NCBI GenBank assembly: GCA_963666125.1
Contig: OY762633.1
Coordinates: forward strand, 1,474,935 to 1,538,934
Origin: Dehalococcoidia bacterium
Lineage (GTDB): Bacteria > Chloroflexota > Dehalococcoidia > Lucifugimonadales > CAJWER01
DNA length: 64,000 nucleotides
Reading direction: 5' to 3'
Every line of letters starts with the position of its first letter. The first letter of the stretch is position 1. This document shows, one piece after another, positions 19,174 to 27,831 of the stretch. The notes beneath the pieces are model-generated. The model made no database searches. It was not told the origin of the DNA and saw only the letters and a list, made by a program, of their open reading frames with translations. The position numbers were made by a program, and so were the translations under genes.

Positions 19174-21432
19174 ATGGGAAAGATAAGGCGCTCGGCAATC
19201 CTCATACTCGTCCTGGCTCTCTTCGCGGGCACGCAGTGGGCCGCGGCCCAGGACGTCTCGGCAGACTCGGGCTTCTCGCGACCGATCACGACGATCGTGG
19301 TCGACGGCGTCTCGACGCGCTCGTCGGAGGCCGCGGCAGACCTCGCTATCTCCTTCGTGAGCCTGCTCGACACCATCCAGAGCGACGACCTGTTCATGCT
19401 GATGGTCACCGACGACGCCACGCACTTCGTCGGCCCCCATCGACCCTCGGACCCTGCCTACAACCAGGTGCGGGCGGACTTCGACGCCATCCTGAGATGG
19501 CCGGTCACCATCCGGTCGGACGACCTGGGGAAGGCGCTGGCCGAGACCTACGCGGCCATGATCGAGGAGCGAGCGAGCGAGGGGTCGAGCATCTACGTGC
19601 TGGTCGGGGACTCGCCTCACAACGACTTCGACAACCTCTCGGAGGGCGTCGGGCCCCTTGTCTCCAGGATGGCGGAGCAGGGCTGGAGCCTCAGCGGGGT
19701 CAGCCTGCCCGGCGCGTCCAGATCGGCAAAGAGCTTCCTGTGGGAGGCGTCCTCGGCTTCCGGAGGGCGCATGGTGGACCTGGCCACGTACGTGGGGCTC
19801 TCCGCCGCCGCCGACAAGGTGCTCGGCGAGCAGGCGCGCGGAATGCTGACCGAGGTCGGCAGCAGGACCCTCTCGCGCAACGAGATCATCAGCTCGGTCG
19901 TCAGCGTCGCGCCCGGCACGAGCAGCACGTCGATCCTCATCTTCAGGGACTCCCCCCAAGGCTCGTTCCAGCTCAGCGACCCGTCCGGCTACGCTATATC
20001 CGAGGAGCGCACCGATTACCGGGTCGTGGAGTCCCCCAACGCCGTCGTCTGGGAGATACGGGACCCGGCGCCCGGCCACTGGAAGGTGGACGGACAGGGC
20101 ATAATCGGCAGCGTTTCCGTGTGGAGCTACTCCAGCAACTCCTACAGGATCGCCCTGCAGAGCTCCGCGGCGCTGCCCCTGCGCGAGCCGTCCTCCTTGG
20201 TGGCCTACGTCGCCGAGAACGACCGGCTGGTCATGCTCGAAGACGCACGGATCATCGCACGGGTAACCACTCCCGACGGCGCGAGGATGAAGCTCGAGCT
20301 GCTCGACGACGGGACCGGGCCCGACCAGGTTGCGGGCGACGGCATCTACTCCACGCAGCTACAGCCCCTTTCCGCGGCCGGCGACTACGAGGTGGAGCTA
20401 GACCTCTCCTGGTCCGACTTCAACCACACCCTCACCTCTTTCGCCACCTTCAGCGCGGAGGCGTATCCAAGCGTCCTCGTGGACGGCATCGAGGTGAAGG
20501 ATCTGGCGCCCGGAGAGCGGACCCACGTCGCCGACGTACTGGTACACATCGACAACACGCCGTACTCGGTTCCCCAGGAAGCGCTGATCCCCATCGTGAA
20601 CGCGGCCCCGGGTTCGGAGGCCCAGGTGGAGATCGTGCCCAGGAGCATCTTCGGCAGCGGCCCGGCGTGGGAGTACGACGTATTCCTGACCGTCTCGGAG
20701 CCGGGCACGTACTCCGTCGCGCTGCAGCTCACGACCGAGTTCGGAGGCGCTACCTTCTCCAAGCTCTCCGAGATGATAGTGCTGCGATCCGGGGGCGCGG
20801 AAGCTCCGGTCGCCGCCCCGCCGGTCGAGAAGCCGGCCGTGGCGCAGCCCGCCATAGTGCAGCCTGTCGCGGCGCAGCCCGCTACGGTGCAGCCTGCCGC
20901 AGTGCAGCCCGTGGCCCCGGCCCAGGCGGCCGAGCCCATCGAGCCCGCGCCCGTGGACGCGATAGGGGAGCCCGCTTCCCTCTCGTGGCTCGGTCTGGTG
21001 ATCGTACCCCTGCTGACGATCGTGGGCGTGGGGATCTACTTCCTACTCCAGACGCGGCCCTACGGGTACATATACGGCGACAGGGAGGAGCGCCTCGTCG
21101 ACTTCTCGGCGCTCAGGCGCAATCCCCTCGCCGCCGTCTTCCGCCGGAGCCACGTCGATGGCTCGGAGCTCGACATACCGGGCCTCGAGAACGTGGCTTT
21201 CAGGTTCTCTGGCGAAGCCATACACGTCCAGAGGGGCAAGGGTGACGGGACGACGGTGCGCGTCAACAACCAGCCGCTGGTCGACCAGGCGGTCATCCAG
21301 GACAGGACGTGGATAGGCACGCGCGGTAAGCTCTACACCTTCCTGGCCCAGCCACCCGGCCTGCCCATGGAAGACGTCCCCGAAGAGGGCATACCCGACG
21401 GAGGCATCCCCGAGGGAGCGAGCGCGGACTGA
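19174..21432 (+). CDS. Single-pass membrane protein: signal peptide, VWA-like region, beta-rich extracellular domains, P-x-x-x-Q repeat linker, TM helix, cytoplasmic FHA-like domain
   Basis: The start was chosen at ATG 19174, 8 nt after GGAGG (19161-19165); the track ORF begins at 19159. The signal peptide is MGKIRRSAILILVLALFAGTQWAAAQ. The MIDAS-like segment is degenerate (VVDGVSTRS). A DDGTGPDQVAGDGIYS motif is present. The TM helix reads LSWLGLVIVPLLTIVGVGIYFLL. The C-terminal ~110 aa (VAFRFSGEAIHVQRG..TTVRVNNQPL) are FHA-like. The functional call is weak. Confidence 0.55.
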   Translation: MGKIRRSAILILVLALFAGTQWAAAQDVSADSGFSRPITTIVVDGVSTRSSEAAADLAISFVSLLDTIQSDDLFMLMVTDDATHFVGPHRPSDPAYNQVRADFDAILRWPVTIRSDDLGKALAETYAAMIEERASEGSSIYVLVGDSPHNDFDNLSEGVGPLVSRMAEQGWSLSGVSLPGASRSAKSFLWEASSASGGRMVDLATYVGLSAAADKVLGEQARGMLTEVGSRTLSRNEIISSVVSVAPGTSSTSILIFRDSPQGSFQLSDPSGYAISEERTDYRVVESPNAVVWEIRDPAPGHWKVDGQGIIGSVSVWSYSSNSYRIALQSSAALPLREPSSLVAYVAENDRLVMLEDARIIARVTTPDGARMKLELLDDGTGPDQVAGDGIYSTQLQPLSAAGDYEVELDLSWSDFNHTLTSFATFSAEAYPSVLVDGIEVKDLAPGERTHVADVLVHIDNTPYSVPQEALIPIVNAAPGSEAQVEIVPRSIFGSGPAWEYDVFLTVSEPGTYSVALQLTTEFGGATFSKLSEMIVLRSGGAEAPVAAPPVEKPAVAQPAIVQPVAAQPATVQPAAVQPVAPAQAAEPIEPAPVDAIGEPASLSWLGLVIVPLLTIVGVGIYFLLQTRPYGYIYGDREERLVDFSALRRNPLAAVFRRSHVDGSELDIPGLENVAFRFSGEAIHVQRGKGDGTTVRVNNQPLVDQAVIQDRTWIGTRGKLYTFLAQPPGLPMEDVPEEGIPDGGIPEGASAD
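20833..20925 (+). repeat. In-frame tandem 15-bp (5-aa) repeats encoding PAVAQ-PAIVQ-PVAAQ-PATVQ-PAAVQ-PVAPAQ
   Basis: Read directly as ccg gcc gtg gcg cag / ccc gcc ata gtg cag / cct gtc gcg gcg cag / ccc gct acg gtg cag / cct gcc gca gtg cag. The repeats sit just outside the TM helix. Confidence 0.8.
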
Positions 21433-21465
21433 CACCGCACTCCCAACAAGCCTGACGCCTTCGAC

Positions 21466-21500
21466 GAGAGGACCGCCCGAAATGGGCGGTCCTCTCTGTT
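21466..21500. terminator. Bidirectional stem-loop terminator between convergent genes
   Basis: gagaggaccgccc-gaaat-gggcggtcctctc gives 13-bp perfect arms and is followed by tgtt. It lies between the ends of 19174-21432(+) and 21564-22334(-). Confidence 0.6.
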
Positions 21501-21563
21501 ATGCGAACGCTCGCCCTGAGCCTATCGAAGGGCAGTGCTCACCGGTGCGGATAGTGAGGGGTT

Positions 21564-22334
21564 CTACTCCTCGGTGATCGTGATCGTCTTGATCGCGTCG
21601 CCGGGCGTCCTCGCGGTCTGGGGGTCGCGAATGGAGATCCCGTTGACCACGTCCATGCCCTCCACGACGCGGCCGAAGACCGTGTGGCAGGACACACCCC
21701 GCTGGGCGCAATTCTTGGGGGTGCCGTCCGCCTCGTAGCCGTCCAGGAAGGGCGTGGGCACGAAGGTGATGAAGAACTGGCTGCCGTTCGTCGCGGCGCC
21801 GCCGGAGTTGGCCATAGAGAGGGTGCCCGGGGCGTCATGCCTGCGCTCGAGGCTGACCTCGTTCTCGAAGCTGTAGCCCGGCCCTCCCGCGCCCGTGCCC
21901 GTGGGGTCGCCCCCCTGGGCCATGAACCCCTGTATGACGCGGTGGAAGGTGACGCCGTCGTAGAAGCCGTCCCGCGCTAGGAACACGAAGCTGTTGACGG
22001 TCTTCGGAGCCTCCTTGGCGTAGAGCTCTACCTCGAACTGGCCTCCCTTCGCCAGCTCGAAGGTGGCGGTGTAGGACTTCTCGGTGTCTATCGTCATGGC
22101 CGGGTAGCTGTCGTACTGCTTGATCTTGCTCACTGCTGGCTCCTTGGGTGCCGGTACGGGCGTCCGTCTGGTGACCGGTGTGTTGGCCGGCTGGGCGGCC
22201 GCCGCCTTCTCCGCGGCGGTGCTCGCTATTCCGGTCGGCTCCGCCGTCTCCTCCTCGCCCGACCCGCACGCGGCCAGGAGACCCACGGCGAGAACGGCGA
22301 CGAGGGATGTCAGGATTCCATATGCTCTTTTCAT
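21564..22334 (-). CDS. Peptidyl-prolyl cis-trans isomerase, cyclophilin type, lipoprotein
   Basis: The track ORF is trimmed to the Met of [26 protein letters not shown] (lipobox; cat at 22332-22334). The cyclophilin core reads [42 protein letters not shown]. Confidence 0.9.
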   Translation of the reverse strand: MKRAYGILTSLVAVLAVGLLAACGSGEEETAEPTGIASTAAEKAAAAQPANTPVTRRTPVPAPKEPAVSKIKQYDSYPAMTIDTEKSYTATFELAKGGQFEVELYAKEAPKTVNSFVFLARDGFYDGVTFHRVIQGFMAQGGDPTGTGAGGPGYSFENEVSLERRHDAPGTLSMANSGGAATNGSQFFITFVPTPFLDGYEADGTPKNCAQRGVSCHTVFGRVVEGMDVVNGISIRDPQTARTPGDAIKTITITEE

Positions 22335-22498
22335 GGCGAACCAGCCTGCTGCCGTATTGCCCCCGCGCGGGAGCGCCTCCCATTCTACAACCAAACCCCC
22401 GCCCTCTGCACCCTCCGGCGGATGAGCGGTCTCTGGCAGGGCATGTTGCGTAGTGTATGCTACGCCCCATGAACCTTGAAGATTCGAGGAAGTGACCC

Positions 22499-23773
22499 AT
22501 GTCAGGCCAGAACCCCCTATTCGACCCGCCCGGCGAATCCAGCGACTCCTTCGAGCTTTCGAGGTTCTCGATAAGGCGCTACTCGATGCAGCAGGGGCTG
22601 CTCGTCCTTGCCATCATATGCCTGCTCATAGCGATGAACGTCCAGGCAGCGCTGAATGGCAACGCCGTACTGGTGGCCCTGGCCGCGGCTACTCTCGTGC
22701 TCATGCTGGTCCTGACGGGCCTCATCCTCTTCGTAGGCGTACGGGCCGTGGCGGTCGAGATGTGGATCCGCCGGCTGGGAATGGGCGACTTCGAGTACCG
22801 GATCGAGCCGTGGGGCAAGGACGAGGTGTCCAAGCTCTGCGAGGCCCTGGAAACGCTGAGGCAGAGCTCCATCCGGGCCATGCGGCTCGACCTGGTGCAG
22901 AAGCTGTCCGACGAGCTCCAGGCCAAGAACGCCACCCTGGAAGAGACCCTGGACGAGCTGAGGAAGACCCAGGACCGCATAGTCAGCCAGCAGAAGCTGG
23001 CCGAGCTGGGAGAGCTGTCCGCCGGCATCGCCCACGAGATACGCAACCCCCTCCAGTTCATCAGGAACTTCGCCGAGTCCTCCCAGATCATGGTCGACTC
23101 CCTGAGGGAGATGTCGGAGGAGGACGAACCCCTCGACCTGGAGGAGGTGGACGACCTGACCCGGGACCTCGTCGAGGCCACGGGCCACATAATCACACAC
23201 AGCGAGAGGGCCGACCGCATCGTCGAAGACATGCTGGCACTGGGACGCAAGGGCAAGGGGATTTTCGGCAGGGTCGACCTGAACCAGCTCCTGGCCGACC
23301 AAGCCCGGCTGGCCTACCAGGCGGTCCAGTCCCAGGAGCCGGGCTTCAGCGCCGCCGTCCGTCAGGAGCTGGACGAGGACCTGGGAGATATCGTCGCGGT
23401 GCAGGAGGACCTGGCGCGCGTCTTCACCAACATGGTCACCAACGCCTGCCACGCCATGGCCGAGCGGGCCAAGTCGGCGGGGGACGAGTACGAGCCGGAG
23501 CTGAAGATAGAGAGCCGACGGACGGACGAGGGAGCGGAGATCACCATCAGGGACAACGGCATTGGCATGACGGCCGAGGTCGCCTCGAAGATCTTTAACC
23601 CCTTCTTCACCACCAAGGAGAGCAGCGCGAGCACCGGACTGGGGCTGAGCCTGTCCCGGGACATCATCCGGGAGCACGGCGGCCGGATTGCGCCCGCGTC
23701 GGAGCCCGGGGAGTACACCGTCATGACCGTGAACCTCCCCCGCGATCCCGAGGCCTCGAGGAGAGCGGAATGA
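22499..23773 (+). CDS. Sensor histidine kinase (2 TM, HAMP, HisKA, HATPase_c); no adjacent response regulator
   Basis: 424 aa. The H-box is [14 protein letters not shown], the N-box is [11 protein letters not shown]1 is RDNGIGM and G2 is STGLGLSLS. Confidence 0.85.
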   Translation: MSGQNPLFDPPGESSDSFELSRFSIRRYSMQQGLLVLAIICLLIAMNVQAALNGNAVLVALAAATLVLMLVLTGLILFVGVRAVAVEMWIRRLGMGDFEYRIEPWGKDEVSKLCEALETLRQSSIRAMRLDLVQKLSDELQAKNATLEETLDELRKTQDRIVSQQKLAELGELSAGIAHEIRNPLQFIRNFAESSQIMVDSLREMSEEDEPLDLEEVDDLTRDLVEATGHIITHSERADRIVEDMLALGRKGKGIFGRVDLNQLLADQARLAYQAVQSQEPGFSAAVRQELDEDLGDIVAVQEDLARVFTNMVTNACHAMAERAKSAGDEYEPELKIESRRTDEGAEITIRDNGIGMTAEVASKIFNPFFTTKESSASTGLGLSLSRDIIREHGGRIAPASEPGEYTVMTVNLPRDPEASRRAE

Positions 23774-23848
23774 CGTGAACCGGGCATCAAGGGCTCGCTA
23801 TCTTCGCTGACACCCGCCAGGAGTTGCCCAGAGTCTGCACGTACTTTA

Positions 23849-24856
23849 CTACCGTCCACTCTGCCTCTTAATGCGTTCAATGGACTGCTGAATCTTTGTG
23901 ACCTCGTACAGGCACTTGTCCTGCTGTTCCGGGGACATTCGATCTAGGTCGGCCAAGAATTCCGGGACCTGCATTTCCCGCCTGAAACGTTTGAACCGAC
24001 GCAGCCACATATTGTCGACGCCACGGTCCTGTGCGCTCTCAAATGCCCTATCAAATGTCTTGTCACCAGATAAGAGTATCTTGGTCGGCTCCGGGCCCAC
24101 CTTGGCCGTATCAAGGAGTTTGACCAGCTTGTCTCTCACATCCGGCGAGCTTGGAATCTCCCCGCCCTTAATCTTCCTAACGACTACGTCATCGAGCTCC
24201 GGGTTTTCGCGACGAGCCTTCTTCACTATGTTGGACTTCAGGTACTCGAAGTAGTAGCTCCACCGTGTAACGCTGGTCTCATCGTGTTCAACCATGAACT
24301 TGTATGTGTCGATGAGCTGGTTCACCTTTCTCTCCGATAGTCCCATCTCGCTTGCCATACTCTGAGCACTGACCTCATGGGTGACGTTTCTGCGGTATAG
24401 GTAGCCCGCCTGTTCGTAGGGAGCCCAGTCCTTTCTGCCAATGATGTGGTACTCGCCTAGCAGGGCGAACACGAGCTTCTCGCTGATGTCGCCGGGGAGC
24501 AGCCGAACTTTGGCCTTGCCCCACGTCTTGAGGTCGTTTCTAGCAAGCTCGCGGTATGCGGCGAGTCGACTGTTTCCTTCAAGCACTACGAGATCGCCAT
24601 CCCTCACAAGCATGGGGTCTGTCAGTCCACCGTTTGCCCTGATTGACTGAAAGAGCTGCTTGACGTGGTCCGACCCTCTCAGTCTATTGAAGATCTCTTC
24701 CTGGGACGGTTCAACACCCGGCCTTTGAATTAGCGAATATATCCTTGGATTCTCCGGATAGAATTTGAGATCGTGAATCGGAAGATATCCGTTCCGGACC
24801 GGTATCTCCTGACCACCAAGCGTAAGAGTGTCGTTGACCCATGCAGAATCAGTCAT
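23849..24856 (-). CDS. ParB/Srx-fold N-terminal domain protein with predicted HTH (island gene 6)
   Basis: 335 aa. The core reads KFYPENPR..SIRANGGLTDPMLVRDGDLVVLEGNSRLAAYRELA. It is a paralog of 26782-27831. An AGGAGG SD lies 8 nt upstream of the ATG. Confidence 0.75.
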   Translation of the reverse strand: MTDSAWVNDTLTLGGQEIPVRNGYLPIHDLKFYPENPRIYSLIQRPGVEPSQEEIFNRLRGSDHVKQLFQSIRANGGLTDPMLVRDGDLVVLEGNSRLAAYRELARNDLKTWGKAKVRLLPGDISEKLVFALLGEYHIIGRKDWAPYEQAGYLYRRNVTHEVSAQSMASEMGLSERKVNQLIDTYKFMVEHDETSVTRWSYYFEYLKSNIVKKARRENPELDDVVVRKIKGGEIPSSPDVRDKLVKLLDTAKVGPEPTKILLSGDKTFDRAFESAQDRGVDNMWLRRFKRFRREMQVPEFLADLDRMSPEQQDKCLYEVTKIQQSIERIKRQSGR

Positions 24857-24877
24857 TGTCCATGCCTCCTAGTTGGT

Positions 24878-26347
24878 CTATGCATCCAATATGGCCCGCA
24901 GGATGTCCCCAAATTCGTAGGACATCTCCTTCTGGTATGTCTCCCTGTCGATGTCGCCCTGCGCGAGCTGCGCTGCGACCTGCTTGGAGTGAAGCAGCGC
25001 CTCAACCCATTCGTCTATCGAGTCACGCATAATCAGGTTGTGAACGTGGCAAACTCTGTCTTGGGATATCCGATGGATCCTGTCCTGTGCCTGCAGGTAG
25101 TCGTCCAAGCTGAACAGCCGGTCGTAGAAGATGACGTGGTTCGCTACGGTCAGAGTCAGCCCTTCCTTGGCGGAGCCTGGGGTGGCAATGAACACCTTTG
25201 CACTCGGCTCATCGATAAAGGTGCGAATCGCGTCGGTCTGCTCCCTAGTACTCAACAGTCCGTGGACTAGCTGAGGATTGTGTTGGCTCAGAATTCTTGC
25301 CAGCCACTCGACATTTTCAACGAACGACGTCCAGACTATGCATTTTTCACCATCTCTAACTATTGATGAGACCAGCTCAAGCAGGGTCTCCAGCTTCCCG
25401 GGCTCGACCCGGTAGCTCGCATCAATCAGGTTGGGATTCGACGTCACCTGTACCAACCTGAGCAGGCGCTTCAACACCAATTCCGACTCGTCGGCCATGA
25501 GTTGCCCATCCTGGAAGATGATAGCTCGCAGAGACTCCCTGACCTGCCTGTACAACTCCTGCTGCCGGGGCTCCCATTCGGTCACCAAAGAGTGGACAAC
25601 TTTGTCAGGAAGGCTTATCTCGGCGCTTGCCTTCGTCTCCCTTACGGCAAACCCCGATATCGAGTGGAATATGCGCTGTAACTGAATCTCCAAGGCTTTC
25701 TGCCGACTTTCAGCACCGGCTAAGTCGTTCGACAGGTTCACTGATCGTTTGAATTCCCCAAAATCATCTCCAAGCGACGCGCCGTCGTCAAGGAACTTGA
25801 TCTGCGACCAGATGTCGTGCGGGCGATTTGAAACTGGGGTCCCGGACATAATAACCCGCCTGGTGAACAGAGGCGCAAGATCGAGGAATGTCATGGTGAG
25901 AGCAGCGTCGGGGTTCTTGATCTTGGTTGACTCGTCCAGAATCACCCCGACATTCCTAGTCCTGAGAAATAGATGCATCCGCTCCTTCTCGGCTTTCACG
26001 GCCTCGTAGTGAGCAAGCATGACCCGGGCGGGACTATTGAAGACATAGAAGTTCCCACCACGGTTGTTGGTCAGGATTCGAGGAACGAGTTGAGAGTGAG
26101 AGGAAAGTTCCCTCTGCCAGTTGTCAAGGAGTCCCTTCTTAACAACTATCAGGGCAGTGTCCAATAGCTGGTGAGACAGCCAGTAAACAATGAGGTCTAT
26201 CGCAACCTTCGTCTTCCCCAACCCCTGTTCATGGAATATGGCGGCATACTCGAGATCCTTGACCGCATTGACAGCCTCCAGCTGGTATGCGAATGCCTCG
26301 TGCTTCAAGGTGAGGTCTGGCTCTCTCTTTAGTGTCAATTTCTGCAA
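24878..26347 (-). CDS. SNF2-family helicase/translocase (island gene 5)
   Basis: 489 aa with a TTG start. Motif I is EQGLGKTK, II is LDESTKIKN and III is MSGTPVSN. The C-terminal lobe reads GLTLTVANHVIFYDRLFSLDDYLQAQDRIHRISQ. Confidence 0.88.
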   Translation of the reverse strand: MQKLTLKREPDLTLKHEAFAYQLEAVNAVKDLEYAAIFHEQGLGKTKVAIDLIVYWLSHQLLDTALIVVKKGLLDNWQRELSSHSQLVPRILTNNRGGNFYVFNSPARVMLAHYEAVKAEKERMHLFLRTRNVGVILDESTKIKNPDAALTMTFLDLAPLFTRRVIMSGTPVSNRPHDIWSQIKFLDDGASLGDDFGEFKRSVNLSNDLAGAESRQKALEIQLQRIFHSISGFAVRETKASAEISLPDKVVHSLVTEWEPRQQELYRQVRESLRAIIFQDGQLMADESELVLKRLLRLVQVTSNPNLIDASYRVEPGKLETLLELVSSIVRDGEKCIVWTSFVENVEWLARILSQHNPQLVHGLLSTREQTDAIRTFIDEPSAKVFIATPGSAKEGLTLTVANHVIFYDRLFSLDDYLQAQDRIHRISQDRVCHVHNLIMRDSIDEWVEALLHSKQVAAQLAQGDIDRETYQKEMSYEFGDILRAILDA

Positions 26348-26351
26348 TGAG

Positions 26352-26789
26352 TCAACCTTCCTGATGTGGCTGTAACATCAGCCGATTCATTTCGGACAGA
26401 ACGACGATTTCAACGTGAAGCAATCCCTCTCTGGCCTGGAAGTTCGCGAGTCGTGCCCTAGCGAGTCTCTCAATAGGCCATGGCACCGCCAGTATGAAGG
26501 CCGAGCCTTCCGACATCCCACATCTTCTCAGGAATGCCATGATCTGAGCTTCGGTATGTGAGTTCTCCAGGTCCCTCATGCTCTTGGCTTCGCCGATGAC
26601 TACTCTTCCCTGTTCGTTGAGCATGACATAGGCGTCGGGCACATACCCTCCAATAGGCGGCGGGCGATTAGGCGATTCACCGCCAACGGAGTCGGTAAGG
26701 ACACGTTCCCTCCGACCTCCACAGAACCTATCCCCGATGTAGTTGTGAAGTATAGCAACCAAGTTTAAGTGTTCCTCTGATTCAGGCAC
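26352..26789 (-). CDS. PD-(D/E)xK nuclease-fold protein (island gene 4)
   Basis: 145 aa with a GTG start that overlaps the upstream stop by 8 nt. A helix-1 Glu lies in SEEHLNLV. The core VPDAYVMLNEQGRVVIGEAKS gives PD-x14-E-x-K. Confidence 0.6.
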   Translation of the reverse strand: MPESEEHLNLVAILHNYIGDRFCGGRRERVLTDSVGGESPNRPPPIGGYVPDAYVMLNEQGRVVIGEAKSMRDLENSHTEAQIMAFLRRCGMSEGSAFILAVPWPIERLARARLANFQAREGLLHVEIVVLSEMNRLMLQPHQEG

Positions 26790-27831
26790 TGGTTGAAGAG
26801 GGTGAGACGATGAGCTTGCAGAGTTGAGCCAACTGGTCCCTGGTCTCAGTCAGAGCGAGATTATCGGGAGTGTTCAGGTCTTCGCGAAGACGCAGGAGGT
26901 CTGTGTAGCTCATCTTTTCTATGTGGTCCAACAGCGCATTGGCGAGCTGGGTAAGTGTGGCGTCCTTCAGCGCCTCTACCGTGGAGGGAGTGTCCAGAAT
27001 CTTTTCTGCTTCACGTGCTCCATCAGTCAGGAATACGCTCCGCGCCTGCGGATTGGCGAGGATTGCAGGGAGCCTCCTGACACGGTCGAGTGGGTACAGA
27101 ATCTGGTCGTTAACCCACCCAGCGAAATCTGCCTTTGTGTATCCCGAGGTCACGAGAGCTTCCTGTACCCGTGGGGCTTGCATCTCAACAAAAGCACTGA
27201 ACCGCGTCGGGTCAAACTGGTCGTCACTGGCAAGGAGTGGCCGGTAATGGTTCTCCATGTCGTTGTAGGCGTCGATGAATCGGTGCACCTCGGCCTTCTG
27301 CCCTCCGCAGAAATCAACGATCTGATCAGTTGTCAGGTGCTCGGAGTTGCTGAGATAGTCCAAGTACTTTGCCTTCGAGTATGGGTCCCACTGTCTTGGG
27401 CCGACCAGATGGGCCTGTAGCCGAATGGCATCGATCTCCTTTTCATCAAGCCGTTCGTACACGATTGCCGGGATTTCGTCCCATCTATCACTATCATCGT
27501 CGCTCCTCCTGAACTGGCGATAGATCAGGGCACGGGTGTTTCCCTCGATGACGACAAGCCTGTCTTCGTCCTCTCTGTTGACCAAGATGGGATGGATTAC
27601 ACCTCCATGGGTCCTGATTGATGCCCTCAGACTCTGGAATGTGGTCGTGCTCTCACCCTGCTCATAATTGGCGGCGCCAAGAGCCAGACTCATCTGATCA
27701 TCGGTCACTTCGCCGCCGTACATCTCAATGTAGCGCGCCACCCGGGGATTGGACGTATCAAGCACAAGCGTTTCGACCGGAAGCATCATGAATTGACCGT
27801 TTCTTGCAGCCATATTGTTTCTCTCCATCAA
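26782..27831 (-). CDS. ParB/Srx-fold N-terminal domain protein with predicted HTH (island gene 3)
   Basis: 349 aa. The start is TTG 27831 or ATG 27828, immediately after the upstream TAG. The core reads LDTSNPR..SIRTHGGVIHPILVNREDEDRLVVIEGNTRALIYRQF. Confidence 0.75.
   Translation of the reverse strand: MMERNNMAARNGQFMMLPVETLVLDTSNPRVARYIEMYGGEVTDDQMSLALGAANYEQGESTTTFQSLRASIRTHGGVIHPILVNREDEDRLVVIEGNTRALIYRQFRRSDDDSDRWDEIPAIVYERLDEKEIDAIRLQAHLVGPRQWDPYSKAKYLDYLSNSEHLTTDQIVDFCGGQKAEVHRFIDAYNDMENHYRPLLASDDQFDPTRFSAFVEMQAPRVQEALVTSGYTKADFAGWVNDQILYPLDRVRRLPAILANPQARSVFLTDGAREAEKILDTPSTVEALKDATLTQLANALLDHIEKMSYTDLLRLREDLNTPDNLALTETRDQLAQLCKLIVSPSSTSA

Noticed and set aside
26408-26420. The parS-like sequence tttcaacgtgaag inside the island, as a possible loading site for the ParB paralogs.
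   Set aside because: It is an imperfect palindrome with a one-base asymmetry relative to TTTCACGTGAAA. It occurs once and lies inside coding sequence. That is too weak to support.
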